From: Promethearchaeota archaeon
GTDB taxonomy: Archaea; Asgardarchaeota; Lokiarchaeia; Sigyniarchaeales; SOKP01
Direction of reading: 5' to 3'
DNA length: 64,000 nt
Assembly (NCBI GenBank): GCA_048937405.1
Contig: JBHLNF010000001.1
Location: 384,001-448,000 of the forward strand
Shown here: positions 30,532-41,525 of the stretch, in pieces
Layout of the letters: every line of letters begins with the position of its first letter
Position numbering within the stretch: position 1 is the stretch's first letter
Translations under genes and position numbers: made by a program
Notes under the pieces: model-generated
What the model was told of the DNA's origin: nothing
The model's input: only the letters and a program-made list of their open reading frames with translations
Databases searched by the model: none

Positions 30532-31806
30532 ATGTCTGAAGAAAATTTAAAAAATATAAGAAAATGTGTTGAAAATCAAAATTTGTGGCGAGGAAATAAA
30601 ACTATTAATTTAATTGCCTCAGAAAATGTAATAAGCCAAATTGCAAAGTCATTAAGTTACTCAGATTTTGCACATAGATATGCTGAAGGTGTAGTATATC
30701 ATAGAGAGTATCAAGGTCAACGCTTTCAAGATGAAATCGAACAGATTGCTATTGATAGTGTAAAGAAATTGTTCAATTGTAAATTTGCAGATGTACGTTG
30801 TCCTGCTGCAACAACTGCAAATATTGCAATTTATTATGGTTTATGTAATTACGGGGATAAAATTTTTACCTTAAGTGTTCCAAATGGCGCCCATATTTCA
30901 ATGAGAAAATTTGGGGGTGCTGGTCTACGAGGTTTAAAAATTTTTGATATTCCATTTGATTATGATAAATATAATATTGATATGGATCTTTTTGGAAATC
31001 TTATATTGGGCATTAAACCAGATATTATCACTCTAGGAGCAAGTGTGTTTTTATTTCCACATCCTATAGTGGAGATAAAGAAAATCTGTCAAGACATTGG
31101 AACATTTATACACTATGATGGTTCGCATGTACTTGGCTTAATTGCAGGAGGTGAATTTCAAGATCCGCTCCTTGAAGGTGCTGATGTCTTAATGGGTTCA
31201 ACACATAAAACATTTCCTGGACCACAAGGAGCGATTATTTGTACAAATAATGAAAACTTATTTCATAATATAGAGAAAGGAATATTTCCCGGTACAGTTA
31301 GCAATCATCATTTACATAGACTCCCCCCATTAGCTATTGTTTGTGAGGAAATGAATCAATTTGGAAAGGATTATGCAATACAAATAATCAAAAATGCCAA
31401 GACATTCGCATCTGAACTTGATCGGAACGGATTTAATGTCCTTGGTAAAAAATTAGGTTATACAAAATCCCATCAAATTATCATAGATTTATCTGAATTT
31501 GGTAAAGGTCTAAAAAATGCAGAATTACTGGAAAAAGCAGATATAATTACAAATAAAAATTTAATCCATGGTGATGAAGTTGATCTCGCTTCGAATCCCT
31601 CTGGTATTAGACTAGGAGTTCAAGAAATGACGCATGTGGGGATGAAAGAACCAGAATTCAAGATTTTAGCAGAATTTTTCAAGCGTGTTATAATAGATAA
31701 TGAAAATCCTGATAAAATAAAACTAGAAGTTAATGAATTAAGATCAAAATTTCTTAATATTAATTATTCATTTGATGAGCTAGGTGTTTTAAATAATGGA
31801 AACTGA
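30532..31806 (+). CDS. glyA: Serine hydroxymethyltransferase
   Basis: LIASEN, YAEG, STHKTFPGPQG, FPGTVSNHH, PSGIRLG. Confidence 0.96.
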   Translation: MSEENLKNIRKCVENQNLWRGNKTINLIASENVISQIAKSLSYSDFAHRYAEGVVYHREYQGQRFQDEIEQIAIDSVKKLFNCKFADVRCPAATTANIAIYYGLCNYGDKIFTLSVPNGAHISMRKFGGAGLRGLKIFDIPFDYDKYNIDMDLFGNLILGIKPDIITLGASVFLFPHPIVEIKKICQDIGTFIHYDGSHVLGLIAGGEFQDPLLEGADVLMGSTHKTFPGPQGAIICTNNENLFHNIEKGIFPGTVSNHHLHRLPPLAIVCEEMNQFGKDYAIQIIKNAKTFASELDRNGFNVLGKKLGYTKSHQIIIDLSEFGKGLKNAELLEKADIITNKNLIHGDEVDLASNPSGIRLGVQEMTHVGMKEPEFKILAEFFKRVIIDNENPDKIKLEVNELRSKFLNINYSFDELGVLNNGN

Positions 31807-33016
31807 AGAACAATACTACCTAATTAATGCTATGGGTCAAGATCGACCTGGACTAATCGCAATGCTTACTAAAGTTGTTGCAAATGGGGGTTTCAATATT
31901 ATTGATATAGAACAAAGTGCTCCCCATGGACTTTTTTATATCATTATGATCATTGAGCCTACAGATAAAGCGGTGAATAAACCGTTAACATACTTTAATG
32001 AACGATTTCAAGAATTATCTGCAGGGAGCGATTTAAATATTTCAATTAAATCCTTTAAAGGGGGAATAAGAAAAAGTACAAAATTGTGGTTAAGTTTTGT
32101 GTTTGTTGGTCCTGATAAACCAGGATTAATTGCAACCTTTTCTAACTATGCTGGTCAAAATAACGCAAATATTCACAAATTAAATATGATCTCTCGAGGT
32201 CAAATTATTGCTTGTGAAAGTTTACTCAATATATCCGATTTAAAGATATCAAGAGATAGTTTTATCCAAGGACTTAAATCCTTAGGCGAAGAATTAGGAC
32301 TACAAATAATTATTGAAGCTGAAAATGTTTTAATGAAGAAGACTAGAAAACTACTGATTCTCGATTTGGATGAAAATTTAATTCAAATCCAAGGTTTAAA
32401 TAATTTCTTAAAAGAGATACAACTAAATGAATCAGATAAGCAATTGTTCCAAAAACTGAAGGGCACTAAAAATAGTCAAGAGTTGAGAAAATTAGGTGTT
32501 GAAGCCCTCGTAGGAATGGATGTTGATATACTTAATCAAATAATTTCATCATTAAGAATTTCTCCTGGAACAGAAGAGTTTATTCGTGCTTTAAAGTTAA
32601 TGCAATATACTATTGCTCTTCTTAGTAATAGCTTATCACTTTTTACTGATCTACTGAAAAATAGGCTTAATTTAGAATATGCATTTGGGAATGCTCTTGA
32701 AGTGAATAATGGGAAAATAACTGGGAAATATATCAAAAATTTAGAAATAACTTCCCAAAAAAAGGAAAGGTTAATAAATTGGCTTGCTGTAATGGAGAAA
32801 ATACCCGAAATGGAAGTAGTTCAATTCGGATTGGATAATAATGATAAGGACCCAATATTATCTCAAAGCGCTGGTCTAAAAATTAGTATAAACTTTAACT
32901 ATGAAAAGGTAAAAAGAATGATGCAACAGCATAATATTACTGCTAGTCAAATTTTAGGTTTATTTGTATCCATTGGAATGATAGATTCTCAAATGGATGA
33001 AATATGGGAATTTTAA
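31796..33016 (+). CDS. ACT-ACT-HAD phosphoserine phosphatase-like protein with divergent catalytic motifs
   Basis: GQDRPGL and GPDKPGL ACT domains; HAD DLD motif; overlaps the glyA stop. Confidence 0.75.
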   Translation: METEEQYYLINAMGQDRPGLIAMLTKVVANGGFNIIDIEQSAPHGLFYIIMIIEPTDKAVNKPLTYFNERFQELSAGSDLNISIKSFKGGIRKSTKLWLSFVFVGPDKPGLIATFSNYAGQNNANIHKLNMISRGQIIACESLLNISDLKISRDSFIQGLKSLGEELGLQIIIEAENVLMKKTRKLLILDLDENLIQIQGLNNFLKEIQLNESDKQLFQKLKGTKNSQELRKLGVEALVGMDVDILNQIISSLRISPGTEEFIRALKLMQYTIALLSNSLSLFTDLLKNRLNLEYAFGNALEVNNGKITGKYIKNLEITSQKKERLINWLAVMEKIPEMEVVQFGLDNNDKDPILSQSAGLKISINFNYEKVKRMMQQHNITASQILGLFVSIGMIDSQMDEIWEF

Positions 33017-33101
33017 TATAGGGTATTATCACCAACAATTATATCAAAAAAATTTTATTATAAAGTACCATTTGAGAAGATAAAAAAAAAAATGATGTTT
33101 T

Positions 33102-33869
33102 ATGGCAAAAACAATATATTCAAGAGATAAAGGGATAAAAATTTGGCCTGGACCATATAGAGAAGCAGATCCTGAATGGAAAAACCAATTTTCCCAATGG
33201 ATTATTGAATATCTTCCTGAGGGGACAAAATTAGAGATTGTTAACATACTGCAAAGAGATGATTCACGAGGATTTAAAATCAATCTCAAAATTGGTAATG
33301 AATTAAATATGTTTCTTACTTTAAATTTTCAAGGTGATAATCCGTTTAAACAAGATAGATCTCTATTCTTAATAACTACTTCAATACCGTTACCAATAAA
33401 AGAGTATTATCCAGTAATGGGAAATATACTAGATCGTTATAAGGGTATACCATCTTATGAACTCTATAAAAGTGATCGACTTATTCGGAAAGATGATGAT
33501 CCTCTCATTCAAGGCTTAATGAATGCGGTAGATAAAAAATTTCTAAGCCACATGTTTAATGCATTTGGAAAAAAATCAATACGAATAAATCAATCTTACA
33601 CTCAACAAATTGGTATATCTAATCGATTTAGTACTATTGAAATTAAAAATTACTTAAGAGTTTTTCCCTCAGAAGAATTAAAAACAATGATCTTTGAGCA
33701 TGATTCATTTTTGATATTACTTATGAAAAAGAATAAGAAAAAAAAGATAAAGAAGGGTGGTACAAGCTTTTATGGACTATTTAAATTTGCTATAGAAAAT
33801 TATAATAGTATATCATCCAAAAAAGCAATTATTGAAGAGAACTATAAAAGTTCTTCTTGGACAATGTAG
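33102..33869 (+). CDS. Hypothetical protein
   Basis: 255-aa ORF, no family recognised. Confidence 0.6.
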   Translation: MAKTIYSRDKGIKIWPGPYREADPEWKNQFSQWIIEYLPEGTKLEIVNILQRDDSRGFKINLKIGNELNMFLTLNFQGDNPFKQDRSLFLITTSIPLPIKEYYPVMGNILDRYKGIPSYELYKSDRLIRKDDDPLIQGLMNAVDKKFLSHMFNAFGKKSIRINQSYTQQIGISNRFSTIEIKNYLRVFPSEELKTMIFEHDSFLILLMKKNKKKKIKKGGTSFYGLFKFAIENYNSISSKKAIIEENYKSSSWTM

Positions 33870-34128
33870 AAATGCAGGGAATTATACTATGGTTTTATAA
33901 TTTTTATTTTTAATTTATTTTAATTGGATTGTAAATATCCACTTAAATTAATTTTTTATTTTTGAAGGAGTTTTCATATTCTTTTTAACGAATATAGAAG
34001 TGGTTACTATCTCATTTAATGCTACTATGTATTTATTAATATTTATAGAAAAAATCATAAATAATCTAATGTTTTGCAAATTATAAAGAAAAGAAGAGAC
34101 AATTATTTGTGCTTGATTTTAAGTATTG

Positions 34129-35727
34129 ATGGAAAATATGAAAAATTCAGTAATAGAAATTGTTGATTTATTTTATAATCCAAAATCTGTTGCGGTAATT
34201 GGAGCTTCAATGGTTCCTATGAAAGGTGGATATCGTATAGTTGAAAATTTACACTCAAATGGGTACAAAGGTCCAATCTATCCTGTTAATCCCAACTATA
34301 ATGAAGAAGATGAACTATGTGGTTTCAAATTTAATAAATCTATCTTAGACATTGAAGGAGAAGTAGATCTTGCCATTTTTTATGTAAACAATCGTATTGT
34401 AACTAATGTTCTAAAAGACTGTGTCAAGAAAGGAGTAAAAGCGGCTATTATACAAAGTGCTGGTTTTGAGGAGGTGGGTGTAGAAGGATTAAAATTAAGG
34501 GATGAAATTATGGCTATTACTGATAATTTCTCTAAGTTACATATTATTGGACCTAACTGTATGGGAATCAGTAGGATGGATGGGGATTATGATGATAAAA
34601 AAGGAGGTTTCTTCACTGGACAATTTATTTTAACTAATTATAAAAGAGGGAATGTTGCGATTATCACCCAAAGTGGTTTCTTGAATGGAGGAATAGCACC
34701 ATTAATATTTCGACAGTATCCCAATCTAGGATTTAGATATATTGTTTCAATTGGAAACAAGATGGATTTAGGAGAAAATGAACTTCTAGAATATATTTTA
34801 AAAGATGATACAGTAAACGTCATAGCATTATATTTAGAGTCATTTAAAGACCCTAGAAAATTCATCTCTTTATGCAGAAAAGCAAAACAATTACCTAAAA
34901 AAACTATCATCCTTGTAAAAGGTGGAAAAACAAGCCAAGGGATGAGAGCTGCTTCTAGTCACACAGGTGCTTTAGCTGAAGATGAAAGGCTAATTGATAC
35001 TATTATTAAACAAGCAGGAGTTATTCAAGCAAATAATTTTCTTGAAATGTTCCAATTTATGAGGACATTTTCTATGATCTATAAATCTGGTAAAAATTTC
35101 CCGAAAAAAGGAAATATTGCCATCGTTGTTGGGAGTGGTGGTATGGGGACTATAATGGGAGATGTTGCTATGAAGTATGGTTTAAAGTTTCCTGAATTTG
35201 GTCAAAATAGTTATAACATTCTTAAAAGTGTATTCCCTGATTGGATGCCTCCAAACAGATTTGCTCTCGTTGATTCTTGGCCCACAATGGAAAAAGCAAT
35301 AATGGATGCAGCCAAAAATGCCAAAACTAATGAAGAAAAGACAATAGAAAAAGATACTAATGATGAAAAAAAAGCGGATAATTTTCGTAGAATGGGCTTT
35401 TTTGGAAATGTTATGGAAGTTATTCAAAGAGCCATTCTAGAGGAACCCAATATCGAAGGAATGTTTACATCAATGCCAACTGGTCCAAGTGGACATGAAG
35501 GAATAATGGAACTTGTTATTCCAATGCTAGAACGCTTAGCGAAATACCCGAAACCAGTTTTCTTTTATTCAGTGATGGAAAGTGAAGAAGCTTTGGAAAT
35601 ATTAAGGTTATTTGGTAAATATAATATTCCTTTTTTTACCAGATCAGAAGATGCTATCAAGAATTTTGCGATTTTGGTTCAAGAAGCCAGGAACAAAGAA
35701 AGAATTTTAAAAACATTTAAACCATAA
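34129..35727 (+). CDS. Acyl-CoA synthetase (NDP-forming) alpha-subunit-like, CoA-binding
   Basis: PKSVAVIGAS, GPNCMG, TQSG, SIGNK, ASSHTGALA phospho-His motif. Confidence 0.88.
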   Translation: MENMKNSVIEIVDLFYNPKSVAVIGASMVPMKGGYRIVENLHSNGYKGPIYPVNPNYNEEDELCGFKFNKSILDIEGEVDLAIFYVNNRIVTNVLKDCVKKGVKAAIIQSAGFEEVGVEGLKLRDEIMAITDNFSKLHIIGPNCMGISRMDGDYDDKKGGFFTGQFILTNYKRGNVAIITQSGFLNGGIAPLIFRQYPNLGFRYIVSIGNKMDLGENELLEYILKDDTVNVIALYLESFKDPRKFISLCRKAKQLPKKTIILVKGGKTSQGMRAASSHTGALAEDERLIDTIIKQAGVIQANNFLEMFQFMRTFSMIYKSGKNFPKKGNIAIVVGSGGMGTIMGDVAMKYGLKFPEFGQNSYNILKSVFPDWMPPNRFALVDSWPTMEKAIMDAAKNAKTNEEKTIEKDTNDEKKADNFRRMGFFGNVMEVIQRAILEEPNIEGMFTSMPTGPSGHEGIMELVIPMLERLAKYPKPVFFYSVMESEEALEILRLFGKYNIPFFTRSEDAIKNFAILVQEARNKERILKTFKP

Positions 35728-35851
35728 ATTTCAATATCTTTAAATCTAGACCAATTCTCAATAAAATTTCATAAAAATTATACTCTAAATTTACTATTAC
35801 TTTCAAATTGAGCTTGGACTAAAATTTAGAAAAACAGGTTTCAAATTAGAT

Positions 35852-37048
35852 TCACACCTTATAATGTTTAATTATGAGCAAACTTATGTAAATTGCGCCC
35901 ATAATTAAATTTCCGAATAATGATACAAGTAATACTACTCGAAAAAGTCCAAAAATAGCAATAATACCTCCAGATATTATTCCTATAGCTATCCCTGATG
36001 TTTGGGTGAAGGTAGCCAATGCCATATTACGAATTACACGTTTTTTATTGGGATGTTGAGTAGCGAGGTATTCGGTTGCGATTTGGAATGTAAATGCGGG
36101 GAGTGTCCAAACAATAAAAATTATTGTAATATTTCTGGTTAAAAGTCCAATATATACTATTATATAGGTTATCCATCCATAAGCAAATAATATATCGGGT
36201 CCATATTTATCGAGAATTTTCCCAAACAGTTTAAAAGCTATTATCCCTAAAAATGCTGCTAATGCATTAGTCGTTCCGTAAAACCATGAAAGAGCACCTA
36301 ATTCTTGAAGATAAGCTGAAAATAATCCAAAAAACATAGCAGCAAATATTGCTAAAAACAATTGATACATTAAAGCAGATTTGAAGGTAAATATTGAATT
36401 TATTAGAGATACATCCTTGTTTAGGTTATTTTTCGTAAATTGAACTATCTCTTTATTTTGAGTAATATATTCAATTGGGATTTTCATATCAGGAACAAGG
36501 ATTAGAAGAATTAAAGCTACTATTGAAAAAAGAAATGAAATTGTAATCATAATTTGCAAATTTAAAAAATCATAACCAATGCCTCCGAAAAATATACCAC
36601 TCCCAAAAGCCAGAGTTTGGATAATATTTAATTTACCCAGAATACTACCTTTTTTGTTTGGTGAAAGATTTGAGAAATATGCTTTAATTGCAGGGATATA
36701 AGCTACGACAAAAAGGTTAGAAATAAATGTTATAGAAAGAATAACTATAGGCGCGGAATTGTAAATTCTTACTAAAAACAAAGCTACATATTGAACCAAT
36801 CCGGCAGTATATCCAATAAGAATTAACTTTTTTTCCCAATGTTTTTTTTCTGCTAACCAATTGAACAAATAAAGAGTTGTTGCCTGTGCTATTGATGGAG
36901 TAGCAAAAATTAGTGAAGCAATAAATAAATCTAAGCCAAAATTGTTTGTACTTCCTAAACTGTTTAATGATAGATATGGTGTTAAAAAGTAAATGTTGAA
37001 AAATGCAAAAAAGAATGAAATTAATAAAAATCTAGAAGATTTATACAT
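35852..37048 (-). CDS. MFS transporter
   Basis: About 12 TM segments; GKILDKYG motif-A-like loop. Confidence 0.85.
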   Translation of the reverse strand: MYKSSRFLLISFFFAFFNIYFLTPYLSLNSLGSTNNFGLDLFIASLIFATPSIAQATTLYLFNWLAEKKHWEKKLILIGYTAGLVQYVALFLVRIYNSAPIVILSITFISNLFVVAYIPAIKAYFSNLSPNKKGSILGKLNIIQTLAFGSGIFFGGIGYDFLNLQIMITISFLFSIVALILLILVPDMKIPIEYITQNKEIVQFTKNNLNKDVSLINSIFTFKSALMYQLFLAIFAAMFFGLFSAYLQELGALSWFYGTTNALAAFLGIIAFKLFGKILDKYGPDILFAYGWITYIIVYIGLLTRNITIIFIVWTLPAFTFQIATEYLATQHPNKKRVIRNMALATFTQTSGIAIGIISGGIIAIFGLFRVVLLVSLFGNLIMGAIYISLLIIKHYKV

Positions 37049-37107
37049 AATCCTTGCATTTTTGATTAATATTAAAAAAGAGTGAGTAATTTTCCATGTT
37101 GTTGCTT

Positions 37108-37974
37108 CTAACCAGAAATGTCAACACGCGATTCAAACCTGGAAATTAACTCATCAATTCGACTGTAATCATCTATTGAGATGGTAATAGCTTTATTAGG
37201 GCATTCTCTCACACAACGCCCACATCCCATACAGTTTTCTTGATTGATCATTGCTTTACCTTTTTTCATTTTCAATCCGTCTCTTATACAAACTTTAAAA
37301 CATTTTCCACAACCAGTACATTTATCCGGATCTACCCTTACATCAACACCTTCCATTCTCTTCGACATTTTTCTAAAATCGGCTGGACCGTATTTGCTTA
37401 AGCTAACTACACAGCAACAAGAGCAACAATGACAAATACTCATAAATTCGTCCTCATAATCCAACACATCGTATAAAACTGCATCAGCTCTGAACTTTCC
37501 CATATGTGGAACTAAACCATTTTCATAGGCCAGTCGCTCTCGTTCTAAAGCTTCCTCTTTAGTTGCAAGATGTGCTCCAGGCCATTTAGATCTATCTATT
37601 TTTCCAGCTCCTCGCCCCAACCAGGTACAACCTAAAGTAATATCGTGGTTTTTGCATTTATTGTGGGTACGACATGGACAATCCATTAGAAGTATTGTAC
37701 CTGCCTTATTGATGAAGTATTCTACGACTTTACGGGGTACAATTTGATCCTCATAGGTACCTATCGATAAGTTAACAGGTATAGCGGTTCCTGTTTGGTT
37801 ATCAAATCCGTCGGGATACCTGCGTTTTCTTTCTTTTCGTTTTATAATGGGTAATTTGGCATATTTAGCCCGTTTCTTCATTTTTTTTGCCCATGGAGTA
37901 TCCATCTCAATTGGATTTAGGTCTAACTTACGTTTTTTCTTCAAATTAATCCCTTCTTTAATGATAGTATACAA
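37108..37974 (-). CDS. 4Fe-4S dicluster-domain protein
   Basis: CPCR, ICHCCSCCC, CTGCGKCFKVC, CMGCGRCVRECP; start uncertain. Confidence 0.88.
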   Translation of the reverse strand: MYTIIKEGINLKKKRKLDLNPIEMDTPWAKKMKKRAKYAKLPIIKRKERKRRYPDGFDNQTGTAIPVNLSIGTYEDQIVPRKVVEYFINKAGTILLMDCPCRTHNKCKNHDITLGCTWLGRGAGKIDRSKWPGAHLATKEEALERERLAYENGLVPHMGKFRADAVLYDVLDYEDEFMSICHCCSCCCVVSLSKYGPADFRKMSKRMEGVDVRVDPDKCTGCGKCFKVCIRDGLKMKKGKAMINQENCMGCGRCVRECPNKAITISIDDYSRIDELISRFESRVDISG

Positions 37975-38213
37975 ATCTAAATAGCAATAATTTTATAAAA
38001 GGTTTATTATAAATACGGATTTAAATTGATTAAAGTCCATTTTCTCCTTAATCAATAGTTATAAATCTATCATAGATAATATATCTAAAAATAAAGTGAA
38101 AGAAAGATAACTTGAATTATGATTAATTTTATTGTGATAAATAGAAAAAAATAATAAATTTATTAATTACTACGCATTAGATAGAAAAAATACACACTTA
38201 TGTGATATTAAAT

Positions 38214-39101
38214 ATGCCAAAAGTAAAAGCAAACAATATAGAGTTGGAATACGATACTTTTGGAGATAGTAAATCAGAACCTTTACTTCTAATTATGGGA
38301 TTAGCCGCACAAATGATTCAATGGCCTGAAGAATTTTGTGAAATGCTTGTCGAACAGGGCTTTTTTGTAATTAGGTTTGATAATAGAGATGTTGGTTTAT
38401 CAAAGAAATTTGAACATTTAGGAGTTCCGAACACAATAAAGGCATTTGTCGACATTCAAAAAGGAGAAAAAGTCACTTATGATTATACTACTGATGATAT
38501 GGCAGATGATGCTATAGGATTATTAGATGCCTTGGGTATAGAAAAAGCACATATATGCGGTGCATCCATGGGTGCTGCAATAACACAAACCATAGGATAT
38601 AGACATGCTGATCGGGTACTTAGCTTAGCACCAATTATGGGATCAACAGGAAATCCTGATCTTCCACGCGCTAAACCAGAAGTATCAAGTATACTTGTAA
38701 CCCCTACTCCTGCTGAGCGGGAAGCTTATATCGAACACAGAGTCAAAAATGAAAAAATTATATATGGAACTGGATTTCCATATGATGAAAATGCACGACG
38801 TGATATGATGGGAAGATTATTTGATAGATGCTTTTACCCCCAGGGAATAGCACGCCAACTAATGGCCACATTGGCTCATGGAAACCGCAAACCGAAATTA
38901 TCTTCAATCAAGGCTCCAACCATAGTTATTCATGGAAAAGATGATCCACTTGTCCCATTTGAGGGAGGAAAAGATACAGCAGATTCCATCCCTGGAGCAG
39001 AGTTGTTACTTATCGATGGAATGGGTCATAGCTTACCCCCTGAAACATGGCCTACGATTGTAAATGCTATCAGAAAAAATGCAGATAAAGCTAAAAAATA
39101 G
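38214..39101 (+). CDS. Alpha/beta hydrolase
   Basis: DNRDVGLS, GASMG nucleophile, HGKDDPL, GMGH. Confidence 0.92.
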   Translation: MPKVKANNIELEYDTFGDSKSEPLLLIMGLAAQMIQWPEEFCEMLVEQGFFVIRFDNRDVGLSKKFEHLGVPNTIKAFVDIQKGEKVTYDYTTDDMADDAIGLLDALGIEKAHICGASMGAAITQTIGYRHADRVLSLAPIMGSTGNPDLPRAKPEVSSILVTPTPAEREAYIEHRVKNEKIIYGTGFPYDENARRDMMGRLFDRCFYPQGIARQLMATLAHGNRKPKLSSIKAPTIVIHGKDDPLVPFEGGKDTADSIPGAELLLIDGMGHSLPPETWPTIVNAIRKNADKAKK

Positions 39102-39256
39102 CGATATCAATATAAAAAGATAAAAAATAACAGTGAATTCTATTTTCATTACAAAAAAAATTGGAATAAATAGGTTGATCACTTATTTATTTCAAGCAAA
39201 TTTTTATTGAATTTCAATCCTAAATTTACCTTTCCATTCCAATTTCAAAGGATTAT

Positions 39257-40276
39257 TCATTTTTTAGTTTTTCTTTCCTTCACTATTTGCAGATATTCCT
39301 CGAAACTAATGCCTGTTCTTTTTAGGTCATAATGTACAGAATTTGGTTTATATACACCATTGCACCAAACAAATTCATTGATTTCTCCATTTATTTCTGA
39401 AAAACCTCGAATATTATATAGATCATCATAAGCATCTAATATTCTTTTATCATTTCCATATCCTAACTTAGTCAATGTATAGAGTGCTATTGCAGTGGTT
39501 AACGCGGGATTCCCGTTAATAAAACTACCAGGACCAGATTGTAAAGAACTTATACACACCATTTTGCCGTGTTCTGGAGCAACTCGTCGAAAACCATCTT
39601 GTTCAGCGGTATAGTTATCTGTAAGAAAAATACTCTCGAAACTAAATCTCCAAGTGCTCGCTTTTCCTTCAAAATTTTCATGAAACTGTTCAAAAAGCCA
39701 TCTAATAGCCATGGAAACTGATTCATGCTTAGTATCAATGCCTAATTCTATCAAGGTTTGTAGTTGAAAGCAGGTTGCAGATAAACTATTAAACCAAGAA
39801 CCATTCTTTCTTTGAGTAGAAATTAATTCTGCAACAACATTTTCCTCGTTAGTAGTTTCATTCATGATATTTCTTCTTACAAGTGTGCTGATAAGATCAG
39901 TTTTCTCTCGAAATCCTTGGTATAAATCATAACGAAAGGTATCTTGATCGAGAAGTTCAGCATGTTTCAAGGCTTTTAAAATTCCATAGGTGTATATCTC
40001 AGCATTTTTCCGTTTCCACATCCCTGTTGATTGTTGTCTGCGAGATATCTCTGGAAGGCACTTAGATAGTACTTCAAATGCTTCCTCTTTAGGTAGATGG
40101 AATGCATAAGCCCATTTTGCATGATGACCTAAAATATAAGTTTTTGCTTCACGGATAAGTCCTTCATTTGATTGATACTTTGGATGAGCAAGGAATGCAG
40201 CTAGTACACCAACTTTGCACCTTATATGTGTGGTACTTTTCATTGATAGACTACTAAATCTCATATAACCATCCAC
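39257..40276 (-). CDS. Prenyltransferase/squalene-cyclase-repeat-like protein
   Basis: QW-like repeats QQSTGMW and QRKNGSW. Confidence 0.55.
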   Translation of the reverse strand: MDGYMRFSSLSMKSTTHIRCKVGVLAAFLAHPKYQSNEGLIREAKTYILGHHAKWAYAFHLPKEEAFEVLSKCLPEISRRQQSTGMWKRKNAEIYTYGILKALKHAELLDQDTFRYDLYQGFREKTDLISTLVRRNIMNETTNEENVVAELISTQRKNGSWFNSLSATCFQLQTLIELGIDTKHESVSMAIRWLFEQFHENFEGKASTWRFSFESIFLTDNYTAEQDGFRRVAPEHGKMVCISSLQSGPGSFINGNPALTTAIALYTLTKLGYGNDKRILDAYDDLYNIRGFSEINGEINEFVWCNGVYKPNSVHYDLKRTGISFEEYLQIVKERKTKK

Positions 40277-40516
40277 TTTTTACTTACTACTGGATTTGTC
40301 CTATATTTATATAATTAAACTTTTAAAGCTTTGCTACTTTTTCACTAAATTTTCATGGAAATCAGACTCTGAATTTACCTTTTCAGCATTTAACCTTTTA
40401 AGATATCTTATAAAAAAATGCCGAATATTTATAAATTAGAATCTAAATATTTTTTATATATTTTATTTATTTTTAAGATAACCTTAAAAGACATAACAAA
40501 AGAGAGATGATTATTA

Positions 40517-40813
40517 TTGGCTGAATCAAAGACACCAATATTAATAACCAAAGAAGGCTGTCACAGATGCCATGAATTAAAAGAGTGGCTAAAAGAACGT
40601 AATGTTAGATATATTGAACGAGACGTAAATGATGAGGAATTTGTTCATGAACTACTTAACGATAATAATTTTTTAACAACCTTCTGTGATAAGGAAGGGT
40701 GTATAGTAAATACTCCTGTAGTAATCCATAAAGGTAAATATTGGTTTAAAGAACTGTGGGGTATTTCCGGTCTTAGAGAAAAAGAAGCAAAAAAGCTATT
40801 TGGAGTTAAATAG
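40517..40813 (+). CDS. Glutaredoxin-like protein
   Basis: GCHRC, NTP. Confidence 0.8.
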   Translation: MAESKTPILITKEGCHRCHELKEWLKERNVRYIERDVNDEEFVHELLNDNNFLTTFCDKEGCIVNTPVVIHKGKYWFKELWGISGLREKEAKKLFGVK

Positions 40814-40838
40814 ATTTTTATAATTTCTATTCATTTTT

Positions 40839-41438
40839 TTATTTTTTTAATTCAGCTAATCTTTTTATTACTTTTCGGATCGTTCTTAATCCTTCTTCAT
40901 CCATTTCAATACCTTTTTTTCCCATATCTTGACTCCACAAACTTGCACCTAAATTTGCGCCAAATGCCCCTCCAGATACAGTTATAATATGATTTTGTAG
41001 ATAAAAATCTAAAATACTTCTTATGGCAATCTCTTGTCCTCCACTTCTATCTCCTCCTAAAGCTAATGCCGCTCCAATTTTATCTTTAAACACATTAGAA
41101 TTCTTAGCTACCAAAGCCCTACACCGATCTATTACCGTTTTTAGTTGACCTGATAAATTACCTTGAAATATTGGAGTACCGAAAAGATAAAATTTCGCCT
41201 CTTCTAATTTAGAATAAAGTTCTTCCATATCATCCTTATTGATACACCCTTTTTTTTCTCGAATACAATAATCACAATGAAGACAAAAGTTAATTTTTTT
41301 ATTTCTAACACTCCAGAATTCTGTTTCAAAACCAAACTTATTGGCAGCATAATTTAAAGCATATTGGATGGCATATTCGGTCCCTTGTTTTCGAGGACTT
41401 CCACATATTCCAAGTAATAGATTCTTCTTTTCAACCAT
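40839..41438 (-). CDS. Iron-sulfur flavoprotein / NADPH-dependent FMN reductase
   Basis: GSPRK, CLHCDYC...C, GTPIF, KTVIDR, GGQE. Confidence 0.9.
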   Translation of the reverse strand: MVEKKNLLLGICGSPRKQGTEYAIQYALNYAANKFGFETEFWSVRNKKINFCLHCDYCIREKKGCINKDDMEELYSKLEEAKFYLFGTPIFQGNLSGQLKTVIDRCRALVAKNSNVFKDKIGAALALGGDRSGGQEIAIRSILDFYLQNHIITVSGGAFGANLGASLWSQDMGKKGIEMDEEGLRTIRKVIKRLAELKK

Positions 41439-41525
41439 AATAATGCATTTAACTTCCTTTTATTAATAATTGATCATTATTGTATAAAATAAATGTATTA
41501 AAATCTAAAATTCCAATATTAAAAG

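Noticed and set aside
35320-35375. Charged insert in the acyl-CoA synthetase (TNEEK...TNDEK) as an in-frame intron
   Set aside because: A-rich local duplication with no hairpin or BHB pattern.
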